Assembly (NCBI GenBank): GCA_905211645.1 | Contig: CAJMBK010000002.1 | Span: forward strand, 12,148 to 76,147 | Direction of reading: 5' to 3' | DNA: 64,000 bases | Origin: an uncultured Bacillales bacterium | GTDB taxonomy: Bacteria; Bacillota_I; Bacilli_A; RFN20; CAG-288 | Part shown: piece after piece, positions 7,767-17,608 of the stretch | Layout of the letters: each line of letters opens with the position of its first letter | Position numbering within the stretch: position 1 is the stretch's first letter | Program-made: the position numbers and the translations under genes | The notes under the pieces: generated by a model | What the model saw: the letters and a program-made list of their open reading frames with translations, nothing else | The model's database searches: none | Told to the model about the DNA's origin: nothing

Positions 7767-8570
7767 ATGGCTTTTTCATTAAGAAAGCTAACAAACATTA
7801 TCACTTCCTGTGTAATGTTTTTAGTTAGTATCTTCTCATTAGTTATTGGAATTCATCTTTTTGAAATTGGACAAACTGCTATTGGAGGAGTTATCAGGTT
7901 AATTCAATTCTTATGTATTGTTGGTGTTGGTATTCTCTACTTAATTTCTATGAATAAAGAAGTTGCTGAGAAAATTAAAGATTGTAGATTTCTTCAGCAT
8001 TTAATTAATCACGTTGAAACTTATTACCTATTACTCTTAGCATTACCTTTAATTGGTGATAGTATGTCTTCTATCATTTATGCAAGTTATGTCTTAGGCA
8101 CTGGTTTAAATTTATCATATAATTTTGCCTCAGAAATTATAACAATGATTTTAGGTGTTGCAGCAGTTGTCCTTTCAATATTACTTTTAATTGATAGATT
8201 TGAAGGTGTTGCAAAGTCTGTTGTAAAAATTTGTCTTGAAGTTGCTTTATTTATAGGATTTATTGTCCACATCATGTTTCTTAGAAATGGCGTTATAATC
8301 GCTGAATTAATCTTTGTAATTTTCCTTATCATCTTCTTAGCAGTCATGACAATTCTTGAACTTACAAATATTGTTAATTTGGATAATGCAATTAAAATCT
8401 CGGCTGTTAAAGTTGAATCAACTTCAACAGATACTAGTAATAAAGAAGAAAAAGTAGAGGAACAAAAAGAAGATAAGCCTTCTGAAGTCACAGAAGAAGT
8501 TAAAGAAGAAACTTCAAAACCTGTTGAACCTGAAGTAGTCGAAGAAAAGAAAGAAGATTCTGATAAATAA
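7767..8570 (+). CDS. polytopic membrane protein with acidic K/E-rich C-terminal tail, function unknown
   Basis: ATG at 7767 is preceded by AAAGGAAA. The ORF-track start at 7725 is in frame but lacks an SD. About six hydrophobic helices, then …KEEKVEEQKEDKPSEVTEEVKEE…. Confidence 0.6.
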   Translation: MAFSLRKLTNIITSCVMFLVSIFSLVIGIHLFEIGQTAIGGVIRLIQFLCIVGVGILYLISMNKEVAEKIKDCRFLQHLINHVETYYLLLLALPLIGDSMSSIIYASYVLGTGLNLSYNFASEIITMILGVAAVVLSILLLIDRFEGVAKSVVKICLEVALFIGFIVHIMFLRNGVIIAELIFVIFLIIFLAVMTILELTNIVNLDNAIKISAVKVESTSTDTSNKEEKVEEQKEDKPSEVTEEVKEETSKPVEPEVVEEKKEDSDK

Positions 8571-8592
8571 ATAGTTAAATCTTACTGATATC

Positions 8593-8630
8593 AATGCAAT
8601 AGCTCTTAATTGGGGTATTGCATTTTTATT
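8593..8630 (+). terminator. rho-independent terminator
   Basis: AATGCAATA…TATTGCATT stem followed by TTTTTATTT. Confidence 0.55.
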
Positions 8631-8763
8631 TGATTTTTCAATTATTAGTAACAACTACCATTTTTCTTAAATTTGTCAAACGATTAGCCTTACATTATGT
8701 AAACGCTAACTTTTATAATTACTTTTTGAAAGATTGAAAAAAGTTTTATAAAATTTAAACGGT

Positions 8764-9438
8764 ATGAAGAAAGCATTATTTTTTGATTTAGATGGAACTC
8801 TATGGGACGCAAGAAAATCTTTAGTTGAGTCTTACAACTTAACTATGGAAAAGTTAGGATTAGACTATCGCTTTGATTTTGATATGGTCAATTCCTACAT
8901 GGGTTTAACTCCACTTGAAACAGTTAAACTTGCTTTTAAAGATATCTGCTTTGATGACAATGGTAATGAAATTGAAGAAAATATCCAAAAAGGCTTAGAG
9001 ATCTTTAAAAAAATGGTTCAGGATGAGATTGAATATCTTTCTTTACGTCCAGGAAGCTTGTATCCAAATGAAGAGGAAACCTTAGAAAAACTCTCAAAGA
9101 AATATAAGCTTTACATCGTTTCAAATGCTGAAAAAGGATACATTGAAAACTTTTTAAACTGTTATCCAAATATTGCTAGATTCATCTCTGGTAAGCTTTG
9201 TGCTGGAGATACTAATTTAGATAAAAGGGATAACATCAAACTTTTGATGTCTCAAAAGAAAATTAAAAGGGTTTTCTACATCGGAGACACCGATAAGGAC
9301 AGAATTGAATCTCTCCATGCTGGCGTTGACTTTATCTATGCTTCCTACGGATTTGGAACAATCGAAAATAATAATATTAAATACCTTATTAAAGATTTGC
9401 CATCTTTAATTGACGTTTTAAAATTGGCAGATAATTAA
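8764..9438 (+). CDS. HAD-superfamily phosphatase (subfamily IA)
   Basis: Motif I FFDLDGTLWD, motif III K and motif IV YIGDTDKD. Confidence 0.75.
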   Translation: MKKALFFDLDGTLWDARKSLVESYNLTMEKLGLDYRFDFDMVNSYMGLTPLETVKLAFKDICFDDNGNEIEENIQKGLEIFKKMVQDEIEYLSLRPGSLYPNEEETLEKLSKKYKLYIVSNAEKGYIENFLNCYPNIARFISGKLCAGDTNLDKRDNIKLLMSQKKIKRVFYIGDTDKDRIESLHAGVDFIYASYGFGTIENNNIKYLIKDLPSLIDVLKLADN

Positions 9439-9483
9439 TAGAAATATCTACCATATTCTATTAATTTTAATAGGAGAAGATTT

Positions 9484-10926
9484 ATGAAAGAAAAGAAACA
9501 AATATCTTCCAATGATGGTCTAAAACTGAATTATAAAAGAACTTTTATTATCGGTTTTGCCTTCTTTGGTATTTTGCTTTTGTGGCAAGTTTACGATTCA
9601 TGGTGTCCAACATTCTTAACAGATCTTTTCAGAGAAGCTTTAGGTGTTAGCGATTCTGAAGAAGTTCAATACTTGGTTGGTATCATGATGGCTTTGGATA
9701 ATTTAGCCGCTTTGATCATGCTTCCAATATTTGGCCATTTATCTGATAAAACCCACACAAAATTGGGTAAGAGAATGCCTTATATCTTAGTTGGAACCTT
9801 CTTCTGTGCGGTTTTATTCCCATTTGTTCCAGTATTTTTCCACTATCATAATTTGGCTGGAACAATTATCATGATGGCACTTGTTGTCTTCTTTGCAATG
9901 ATGTACAGAAATCCTGCTGTCGCCTTGATGCCTGATATCACATCAAAGCCTTTAAGAAGTAAAGCAAATGGTATTATCAACATCATGGGTTATATCGGTG
10001 GTGCCTTTGCAACTATTGTCGGTGTTATTTTTGTTTTAACTAGTTACTTAGGTAAAGATTCTGAAAATTGGTTCAATCATTCCGGAAATATTTGGATTAT
10101 TGAAGCACCTTTCTTAGTCGCTTCAGTCCTTATGATTATCTCTGCTTTAGTCTTAGCTTTCTTTATCAAAGAGAATAAGATTGAAGAGGAAGTTAGATTG
10201 GATTTGGAAAAAGGTGAAAAGCTTGCTCAGGTTGCAAGTAGCGTTGAAAACGATGATAAAAAACCTATGAGCAAAGCAAATAAGATCATGCTTTTCCTTA
10301 TCTTAGCAGCAGAATTCTGCTGGTTTATGGCTGATAATGGTATTTCAACCTTCATGGGTAACTACACAATTTACTACTTACATTGTGCATCTTCATCCAA
10401 CATGATCAATACTATCGTCGGTGGTGTCGGTTCAGTTTTAGGTTTCTTAGTGGGTGGCATTTTAGCAGGAAAAATCGGTAGAAAATGGACTATTTTCTCC
10501 GGATTAGGTTTAACAGTTGTATCTTTAACTATCTGGCTTATATTAGCCTTATCAATCAAGGTTACAGTTCCAGAGTCAGGTTATAACGATTTCCCAATTT
10601 ATCTTTACTTCATCTGGTTTTTTAAAGGTTTCGGTATGAGTTTAGTTCATGTTAACTCCTATCCAATGGTTGTTGAACTTTGTTCATCCAAGAAAGTTGG
10701 TAAATTCACAGGTTTTTACTACGCATCCAGCATGGCTGCTCAAACAATCACACCTGTTGCCTTAGGTAGTTTAATCCTTTTACCAGCATTCTCATTCTCA
10801 CTTTTACCTTTGTACGCACTCGCTTTAACTGGAATCAGTGCAATTATCTTCTTCTTTGTTAAGAATATTAAAACTGATAAGAGTAAAATTAAAAAAGGCT
10901 TAGAAAGCCTTGATGTGGATGATTAA
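9484..10926 (+). CDS. major facilitator superfamily transporter
   Basis: 480 aa with about 12 predicted TM helices and a central hydrophilic loop. Lies tightly between the HAD and GDPD genes. Confidence 0.7.
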   Translation: MKEKKQISSNDGLKLNYKRTFIIGFAFFGILLLWQVYDSWCPTFLTDLFREALGVSDSEEVQYLVGIMMALDNLAALIMLPIFGHLSDKTHTKLGKRMPYILVGTFFCAVLFPFVPVFFHYHNLAGTIIMMALVVFFAMMYRNPAVALMPDITSKPLRSKANGIINIMGYIGGAFATIVGVIFVLTSYLGKDSENWFNHSGNIWIIEAPFLVASVLMIISALVLAFFIKENKIEEEVRLDLEKGEKLAQVASSVENDDKKPMSKANKIMLFLILAAEFCWFMADNGISTFMGNYTIYYLHCASSSNMINTIVGGVGSVLGFLVGGILAGKIGRKWTIFSGLGLTVVSLTIWLILALSIKVTVPESGYNDFPIYLYFIWFFKGFGMSLVHVNSYPMVVELCSSKKVGKFTGFYYASSMAAQTITPVALGSLILLPAFSFSLLPLYALALTGISAIIFFFVKNIKTDKSKIKKGLESLDVDD

Positions 10927-10928
10927 TT

Positions 10929-11669
10929 ATGAATCAAAGAGAGTATTATTCCAATTTTCTAGATAAAAGATATTTTGAAGGTGTCTGCCATCGTGGTCGA
11001 CACGATAAAAAGACAATTTCTGAAAATGGTATGTTTGCATTTAAAAAAGCTAAAGAGAATAATTTTGCTTTTGAATGTGACATCCATTTAACAAAAGACA
11101 ATCAACTTGTAGTTGTCCATGATTCTGAACTTAAAAGAGTTACTGGTAAAGAAGGTATTGTTGAGAATTTAACTTTGAAGGAAATTCAAGAGAATTTTCC
11201 TTTAGTAATTGATGGTTCCACTATTCCAAGCTTTGAAGAACTTTTAAACTTTGTAAACTTTGAAGTTCCTATGGTTGTTGAACTTAAAGTTTACAATAAA
11301 AATTATAAGGAACTTGCCCAAAAAACCCGTGAAATCCTTGATAAATACTTAAAAGTTGATGGAAAACTCGATGAAGAAAAAGCAAAGAAAATCATGCTTA
11401 TTTCCTTTGACCCAAGAGCTCTTTTACCTTTTAGAAAATACGGATTATTCTTGGAACTTTTACTCGCTGAAAGCCATCTTTATGTCAGACATTTTAGACA
11501 TCTCTTCCCATCAATTGATGTTGAGTATACACTGTTAGAAACTAAGTGGGTTAAAAATTATCGTAAGAAACATCTAGTTAATTGCTGGACAATCGATACC
11601 GATGAAAAATTGAATAAAGTCAAAGATAAAGCAGACTTTATCACCTACGAAATCATCGATTTAAAGTGA
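10929..11669 (+). CDS. glycerophosphodiester phosphodiesterase family protein
   Basis: GDPD signature residues HRG…E-D…HD (VCHRGRHD…FECDIHLTKDNQLVVVHDSEL). Confidence 0.75.
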   Translation: MNQREYYSNFLDKRYFEGVCHRGRHDKKTISENGMFAFKKAKENNFAFECDIHLTKDNQLVVVHDSELKRVTGKEGIVENLTLKEIQENFPLVIDGSTIPSFEELLNFVNFEVPMVVELKVYNKNYKELAQKTREILDKYLKVDGKLDEEKAKKIMLISFDPRALLPFRKYGLFLELLLAESHLYVRHFRHLFPSIDVEYTLLETKWVKNYRKKHLVNCWTIDTDEKLNKVKDKADFITYEIIDLK

Positions 11670-11727
11670 GTGTTGACTACTAAAAATAACTTTCTATTTG
11701 CTAACATAAAGTTATAGGAGGTTAACT

Positions 11728-12081
11728 ATGTTATTTATTGAATACCCTAGATGTTCCACATGCAAGAAAGCAAGACAATTTCTTGTTGCACATGGATTTG
11801 AATTTGAATCAAGAGATATCGTTTTAAATACACCAAGCTACGAAGAACTCAAACAAATCTATCTTCAATCTGGTTTACCAATCAACAAGTTTTTCAATTC
11901 CTCAGGTCGTGACTTCAGAGCTTTAGGCTTATTGCAGCAGTTCAAGACCATGTCTGAAGATGAAATCTTACATAAACTTGTAGAAAATGGTTTATTCATA
12001 AAACGCCCTATTTTAATACTTGATGATGGAACAGTTATCACAGGTTTCCACCCATCAACATGGGAGAAGAAAGTTCACTAA
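11728..12081 (+). CDS. ArsC/Spx-family protein (thioredoxin-fold, N-terminal CxxC)
   Basis: 117 aa with CSTC at residues 9-12 and the ArsC_YffB/Spx fold pattern (…GLFIKRPILI…). Confidence 0.65.
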   Translation: MLFIEYPRCSTCKKARQFLVAHGFEFESRDIVLNTPSYEELKQIYLQSGLPINKFFNSSGRDFRALGLLQQFKTMSEDEILHKLVENGLFIKRPILILDDGTVITGFHPSTWEKKVH

Positions 12082-12092
12082 TTAATAAAATT

Positions 12093-12130
12093 TGCCTAGG
12101 ATTAAGGAAAAACTTAATCTTAGGCATTTT
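12093..12130. terminator. bidirectional terminator between convergent genes
   Basis: TGCCTAGGATTAAG / CTTAATCTTAGGCA inverted repeat (one mismatch) flanked by A/T runs. Confidence 0.55.
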
Positions 12131-12132
12131 CA

Positions 12133-12975
12133 TTAGAAATCTTGTGAATCCTTTTGAAGTTTATCAAGTTTTAAGCAATACTTAAATTCGATTTCATCCA
12201 AAAGCTTGTAGTGATAGAGTGCTCTGACAAATCCAGAATTGTCAATATCGGTGGTAACAAAATCGGCTTGAGCTTTCAAGCAATCTTTTGCATTACCCAT
12301 TGCAATACCAATACCAGCTGTTTGAATCATCTCAACATCATTTTCACCATCACCAAAGGCGATGATATCATCTTTAGTCCAACCTTTATGCTTTAAAAGT
12401 GAATTAACACCCTTTGCTTTGTCGGAATCAATTGGCATGATATCAACTGCATATTCATCCCACCTTGCGGTTTTGCAGTCCTTTAAATGAGGTAAGAATA
12501 AAGATTCATCAAAGCTATCGCAGAAGGCAATTGCTTGATAGATTACTCTATCGTAGTGATCTGGAAAAGTTCTTGGTTGAGGGAATCTTGTTCCATACTT
12601 TTCATGAGCTTGGATGACTCTCTCATCGATCATGTTGATATGACCTTCAACTTCTTCGATAAGTGTTAAACCGAATTTCAATCTCTTTGAGAATTTGATA
12701 AGAGCATCAACAGTCTCCTCTGGAATTGGATGAAGATATATTGTTTCATGATTGACAAGAACTTGAGCACCGTTCATGGTGATTAATCCATCGGGTTGAA
12801 TATAATTTAAAATTCCACTCTTTCTGATGAGGTAGAAATTTCTACCACTTGCTAAATAGATTTCAATTCCTTTCTTTCTAAGGATGCTAATTGCTTCTAA
12901 AGTTGAACTTGGAAAGCGCCTTTCTTTGTGGGAGTACAAAGTGTTGTCGATGTCGGAAATAATTGCTTTAATCAT
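12133..12975 (-). CDS. Cof-type HAD-IIB hydrolase (sugar-phosphatase-like)
   Basis: N-terminal ISDIDNTL and C-terminal GDGENDVEM motifs. Confidence 0.8.
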   Translation of the reverse strand: MIKAIISDIDNTLYSHKERRFPSSTLEAISILRKKGIEIYLASGRNFYLIRKSGILNYIQPDGLITMNGAQVLVNHETIYLHPIPEETVDALIKFSKRLKFGLTLIEEVEGHINMIDERVIQAHEKYGTRFPQPRTFPDHYDRVIYQAIAFCDSFDESLFLPHLKDCKTARWDEYAVDIMPIDSDKAKGVNSLLKHKGWTKDDIIAFGDGENDVEMIQTAGIGIAMGNAKDCLKAQADFVTTDIDNSGFVRALYHYKLLDEIEFKYCLKLDKLQKDSQDF

Positions 12976-13129
12976 GTTGTCCTCCTTATTTTTTTAGGTG
13001 TGATTATAGCAAATTTAAAATTTTAGGTTAGTTTTATTTTTGGTTAGGATTATTTTACTTCATTGAAAGCATTTCGAGTAACAAACGTAGTTATATGTTT
13101 TATAATTTAATTACAAAGGAGAATTTATA

Positions 13130-13675
13130 ATGGCAGTTGAATTCAAAGGTAGTAAGACCGAGAAAAATTTACAAACCGCATTTGCTGGTGAATCCCAAGC
13201 AAGAAATAAATACACTTATTACGCATCTGTTGCAAAGAAGGAAGGTTTCGAACAAATCGCAGCAATCTTCTTAGAAACAGCAGATAACGAAAAAGAACAC
13301 GCAAAATTATGGTTCAAAGAACTTCATGGTGGCGCCGTCCCAACAACTGAAGTCAATTTAGTTGATGCAGCTGAAGGCGAAAACTATGAATGGACAGATA
13401 TGTATGCAAAATTTGCTGAAGAAGCAAAAGAAGAAGGTTTCACAAGAATTGCAGCATTGTTCAAGATGGTCGGCGATATTGAGAAGACCCATGAAGAAAG
13501 ATACAGAAAGCTTTTAGATAACTTAAAGACTGATAAAGTTTTCATCAAGGAAGAAGTTGTTATCTGGAAATGCCGTAACTGTGGTCACATCCACGTTGGT
13601 AAGACCGCACCTAAGGTTTGCCCAGTTTGTGCACACCCACAATCCTTCTTCGAAGTTGAATGCAAAAACTACTAA
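13130..13675 (+). CDS. rbr: rubrerythrin
   Basis: Ferritin-like di-iron domain (two E…ExxH regions) plus a C-terminal rubredoxin-like CxxC…CxxC (CRNCGH…CPVCAHP). Confidence 0.85.
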   Translation: MAVEFKGSKTEKNLQTAFAGESQARNKYTYYASVAKKEGFEQIAAIFLETADNEKEHAKLWFKELHGGAVPTTEVNLVDAAEGENYEWTDMYAKFAEEAKEEGFTRIAALFKMVGDIEKTHEERYRKLLDNLKTDKVFIKEEVVIWKCRNCGHIHVGKTAPKVCPVCAHPQSFFEVECKNY

Positions 13676-13716
13676 TTTCTAAGTAATTTTTGTTAGTTTT
13701 TAATCGTGAATATTAG

Positions 13717-13750
13717 GCACTTTACTTCTTGGTAAAGTGCTTTTGATTTT
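13717..13750 (+). terminator. rho-independent terminator after rbr
   Basis: GCACTTTAC-N6-GTAAAGTGC stem followed by a T-run. Confidence 0.65.
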
Positions 13751-13769
13751 TATGAAAAAATTTTCATAA
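13750..13769. promoter_or_regulatory. 20-bp perfect palindrome TTATGAAAAAATTTTCATAA, candidate operator upstream of the LacI-family gene
   Basis: Perfect 9+2+9 inverted repeat, immediately upstream of a TATAAT-like -10 (about 13775) and 47 bp before the regulator's ATG. Confidence 0.4.
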
Positions 13770-13816
13770 TTATATATAATAAGGATAACAGGTTTTTCAA
13801 AAAAAGGAGGAGCAGT

Positions 13817-14821
13817 ATGAGTTTAAATGGAAAGAAAGATCGTATCACTATTTACGAGGTTGCAAAGGCAAGCAACGTTTCATTAGCTACTGTTAGCCGT
13901 GTTATTAACAATCACCCTAACGTTAGGGAAGAAACAAGAAGAATTGTCAATGAGACCATTGAAAGATTATCCTATCGTCCAAGTGCTTTGGCACAAGGTT
14001 TAGCCAAGAATAAGAGCACAAATATTGGTCTTGTTATCCCTAGTGCTAACTATAACTACATCAGCAATATGCTTTCAGGTATGGCAGATATTGCAAAGAT
14101 TTACGGCTATTTAACCACCCTTTTTATCACCAAACCAATCGAAGAAGATAACAATCAAATGACAGAAAAACTTATCACATCACACGTTGATGGTGCAGTC
14201 ATTTACGATGATAAGTTAAACGATGATTCACTTCGTTTGATCCAAAATTACAAGATTCCACTCGTCATCATCGGTAGAGAGATGGATGGTGATTTACTCA
14301 GTTCAATCGTCATCGACTACAAGACACCTCTTTTGCAAGTCGTTTCTAACTACTACAAATGTGGTGGCGATAATATCGTTTATTTAACACACGATAATCA
14401 AGGAAACATCCTTAACAATTTAGCAGAAAATGTTAATGATTTTTCCACTGCACAAGATAAACATATCACCTTTATGAACGTTGAAGATAACTATTCTTTA
14501 CTCTATGAAAGAATGCTTGAATACTTCAAGACAAACAAGAAAGGTTACTTCATTGTTCCTAGAGATAGTTTTGCATTGGCAATTGTTAATGCTGCTATCG
14601 AATCTGGTTTATCAGTTCCAGATGATATTGAAGTTTTATCAATTATCGGTACCAAATATTCTTACATGCATAGACCTATGATTTCATCACTCAACGTTGA
14701 TATGTTTGAAGTCGGTTCTATCGCTATGAGAATGTTGACAAAGATTTTGGATAACTCACTCAAATCCAAAGTTTTCCGTTTCAAAGCTGAATACGTTTCA
14801 AGACAATCTACTAAGAAGTAG
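13817..14821 (+). CDS. LacI-family transcriptional regulator
   Basis: N-terminal HTH (ITIYEVAKASNVSLATVSRVINN) and a periplasmic-binding-protein-like effector domain. Confidence 0.85.
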   Translation: MSLNGKKDRITIYEVAKASNVSLATVSRVINNHPNVREETRRIVNETIERLSYRPSALAQGLAKNKSTNIGLVIPSANYNYISNMLSGMADIAKIYGYLTTLFITKPIEEDNNQMTEKLITSHVDGAVIYDDKLNDDSLRLIQNYKIPLVIIGREMDGDLLSSIVIDYKTPLLQVVSNYYKCGGDNIVYLTHDNQGNILNNLAENVNDFSTAQDKHITFMNVEDNYSLLYERMLEYFKTNKKGYFIVPRDSFALAIVNAAIESGLSVPDDIEVLSIIGTKYSYMHRPMISSLNVDMFEVGSIAMRMLTKILDNSLKSKVFRFKAEYVSRQSTKK

Positions 14822-14824
14822 TTT

Positions 14825-16465
14825 ATGGGTTTATTTTTAAACAAAAGTTATCGCTATCGTCAAAAATTGGATAATATGACAGAAGATTACAACAACACTG
14901 TCTCAATTTTTGATAATGAAGTTTTAACTTTGTTGAATAGACTTTATAACGCTTCTAAAGTTAACGAAGAATACGTATTGATTTATAGAAATTATAAGGA
15001 TCAATACGATTGCATTAAAAACGGTTTGAATAAGGATTGCCAATTAGCTTTAGATAGCTTTTTGGAACTTATCAACGACAATTCCTTCTCAGGGATTAAA
15101 GATATTTATGAAAGTAATTTATTAACTCTCCAATCTTTTAATAAGAGTGTCAACAATCTTAGAAAAAGATTGAATACTCTTTTTGAAAGGGAGAATGTTA
15201 TTAGAAATGAAATCATTCCTTACAAGGAAAAATATCGTTTCATCAAAGGATTCATCCGCAAAAACGCAGAGAATTTGAAAGGTTTAGAAAAACCAATTGA
15301 TTTAGTTTGCGATGGAATTGATAAGATTTTCGAAGATTTTGAAAAGTGTTTGGATATCTTACAATTCAAGCAAGCGATGAAACTTGAAGAAAAACTTAAA
15401 AGTCTTATCTTAAGTTACGAAAAAATAATTAAAGAACTTCCAAGCTTAAATTATGAAGTTTCTTTTGCAATCAAAGATAACATTGAACTTTTAAGAAAAC
15501 AGATGCATGAATTTGAAAAAAATGATTATCCTCTTGATGTTCAAGCGTTGGAAAACCATTTTGAAAGTATCTATCAAACTCTTGATGTTTTGAAAAACAA
15601 ATTGCTTAATTTAGATATTAAACATGTCAAAGAAGATATCGATGATATCAATCTCTTCTTGTCAAATATCACTCGAGTTTTCGATGCGGAAATCGTTTCT
15701 AAAACAGAGTTTTTATCAAAAAGTGCCCACTTAGATCAATCATTCAAAGAGATTAGAAATCAGTTCTACAAGTTCTTGAACTTAATTCCAATCTACTCAA
15801 AATACTATTTGATTGATAAAAGTTTCAACGATAAACTCATGGAAACTAAAAAGAGTGTTGATACAATGTTTTCAATGAGAAATCTTTTAGATTTCTGCCT
15901 TAATTGTAAGAAGAAATACACATATTCTGCCTTGAATAGAATTTATGATAATTTTGATAAGAATTATCAAATCGCAAAAAAGAGTGTTGAAGAGATCACA
16001 ACATTTTTATTAACACTAAAATCAAGAGCGGAAGGTTTGTATTTATCAATCAACGATTTTTACTTGAAGTTATTGCAATTTAGATCACTTATCAAGGATT
16101 TAAATTCCGATTTCTTCGATTCAAATTACTTAGATAAGATTTATTCGCTGGAACAACAGATTAAACTTGTCTACAACATTTCTTATTTACCACCAATCGA
16201 TTTAACTAAAGCTGAGAATTACTTCAAAGATATTTCTCAAGAGTTGGAAAATCTTATTTCTGAATGCAATAAGACTGTTCAGGAGATGTCAAAAGCAGAG
16301 AACGCCTTTGTCTACTGCAATCTTATCAGAAGAGAATTTGTTTCCTTTAGATCGAATTTAATCAAAGCAGAAATACTTTTCAATGATGGTGATTTCACTC
16401 ATTCATACGAGAATACTATCGTTTGTTTGAAGAAAGTATTTCCAGAAAGGGAAGACACGATATGA
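14825..16465 (+). CDS. large alpha-helical/coiled-coil protein, EzrA-like by size, composition and synteny, but lacking an N-terminal TM anchor
   Basis: 546 aa, highly helical and charged. It lies directly upstream of the nifS-like/thiI pair, as ezrA does in Bacillus. It starts 3 nt after the LacI stop. Its stop overlaps the next gene's start (ATGA). Confidence 0.35.
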   Translation: MGLFLNKSYRYRQKLDNMTEDYNNTVSIFDNEVLTLLNRLYNASKVNEEYVLIYRNYKDQYDCIKNGLNKDCQLALDSFLELINDNSFSGIKDIYESNLLTLQSFNKSVNNLRKRLNTLFERENVIRNEIIPYKEKYRFIKGFIRKNAENLKGLEKPIDLVCDGIDKIFEDFEKCLDILQFKQAMKLEEKLKSLILSYEKIIKELPSLNYEVSFAIKDNIELLRKQMHEFEKNDYPLDVQALENHFESIYQTLDVLKNKLLNLDIKHVKEDIDDINLFLSNITRVFDAEIVSKTEFLSKSAHLDQSFKEIRNQFYKFLNLIPIYSKYYLIDKSFNDKLMETKKSVDTMFSMRNLLDFCLNCKKKYTYSALNRIYDNFDKNYQIAKKSVEEITTFLLTLKSRAEGLYLSINDFYLKLLQFRSLIKDLNSDFFDSNYLDKIYSLEQQIKLVYNISYLPPIDLTKAENYFKDISQELENLISECNKTVQEMSKAENAFVYCNLIRREFVSFRSNLIKAEILFNDGDFTHSYENTIVCLKKVFPEREDTI

Positions 16466-17601
16466 TCTATTTTGATAACGCTGCAACTACTAAACCTAGT
16501 AAAGAAGTTATCGACACATTTATCAAATTGAATGAACAAAATTTCGCTAATCCAAGTTCACCTCACCTTTTTGCATTTGAAGGAACAAAAATTCTCGCTA
16601 AAGCTAATAAAATTATTCTTAAATATTTAAATTTAGATCCTGACACCTATGAAATTATCTACACTTCAGGTGCTAGTGAATCCAATAATTTAGCTATCAA
16701 AGGTTATCTTTCAAGAAATAAGAATAATGGTGATGTTGTCATCACTTCAAAATATGAACATCCATCAGTTACCAATGCAGTTCTTGAGTATAAAGAAGGT
16801 AAAATAGAACCAATTTTACTTAATGCTAATAAAGATGGTAATATTGACTTAACTGAGTTAAAACAGATACTTTCTTCAAGTAAAGTTAGCATGATTTCAC
16901 TCATGTTAGTCAATAATGAAACTGGTGATATCTTAAACTTGAAAGAAGTTAGAAAACTTATCGATGAAGTTTCACCTAAGACTATCTTTGTTTCTGATTG
17001 TACTCAAAGTGTTGGTAAAATTGACTTTGATTATTCAATCTTTGATATGATTACTTTATCTTTACATAAGATCGAAGGGTTAAAAAGTGCTGGTTTACTA
17101 ATTAAAAAGAAATCTATCTTTTTAAATTGTGAAATTTCTGGTGGTGGTCAACAGAATAATTTAAGATCTGGAACCTTAAATATTCCTTTAATTGCATCAA
17201 ATTCAATCGCAATTAAAAATGCTATTCTTTCTTTAACAGAAAGAAGTAAGAAAGCTCAAGAATTGAAGAATTATTTAGTTAATGAACTTAATAAGATTGA
17301 AGAAATTCACATCAATACAAACTTAAATAATTCATCACCATTTATTTTAAATTTCTCAACAACAGTTTCTAAAGCTAGTGTTGTTGTTGAAGAATTATCA
17401 AAGAAAGAGATTTATGTCTCAACAACTTCCGCTTGTTCATCTCACAGCGCAAGTTACTCCAAAGTATTAAAAAACATGGGATTTGACGATAAAATTTGTC
17501 AAAATTCCATCCGTTTATCCTTTTCAGGAGAAGAGGATATCGCTCAAGGCAAAGAATTTATCAAAGAATTTACAAGGATAATTTCTTCCATAAAGAAATG
17601 A
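16462..17601 (+). CDS. cysteine desulfurase (NifS/IscS/NifZ-like class V aminotransferase)
   Basis: MIYFDNAATTKP N-terminus, PLP-lysine motif SLHK, and active-site Cys in SACSS. The start at 16462 overlaps the upstream stop. The ORF-track start at 16423 is less likely. Confidence 0.8.
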   Translation: MIYFDNAATTKPSKEVIDTFIKLNEQNFANPSSPHLFAFEGTKILAKANKIILKYLNLDPDTYEIIYTSGASESNNLAIKGYLSRNKNNGDVVITSKYEHPSVTNAVLEYKEGKIEPILLNANKDGNIDLTELKQILSSSKVSMISLMLVNNETGDILNLKEVRKLIDEVSPKTIFVSDCTQSVGKIDFDYSIFDMITLSLHKIEGLKSAGLLIKKKSIFLNCEISGGGQQNNLRSGTLNIPLIASNSIAIKNAILSLTERSKKAQELKNYLVNELNKIEEIHINTNLNNSSPFILNFSTTVSKASVVVEELSKKEIYVSTTSACSSHSASYSKVLKNMGFDDKICQNSIRLSFSGEEDIAQGKEFIKEFTRIISSIKK

Positions 17602-17608
17602 GGTTAAT

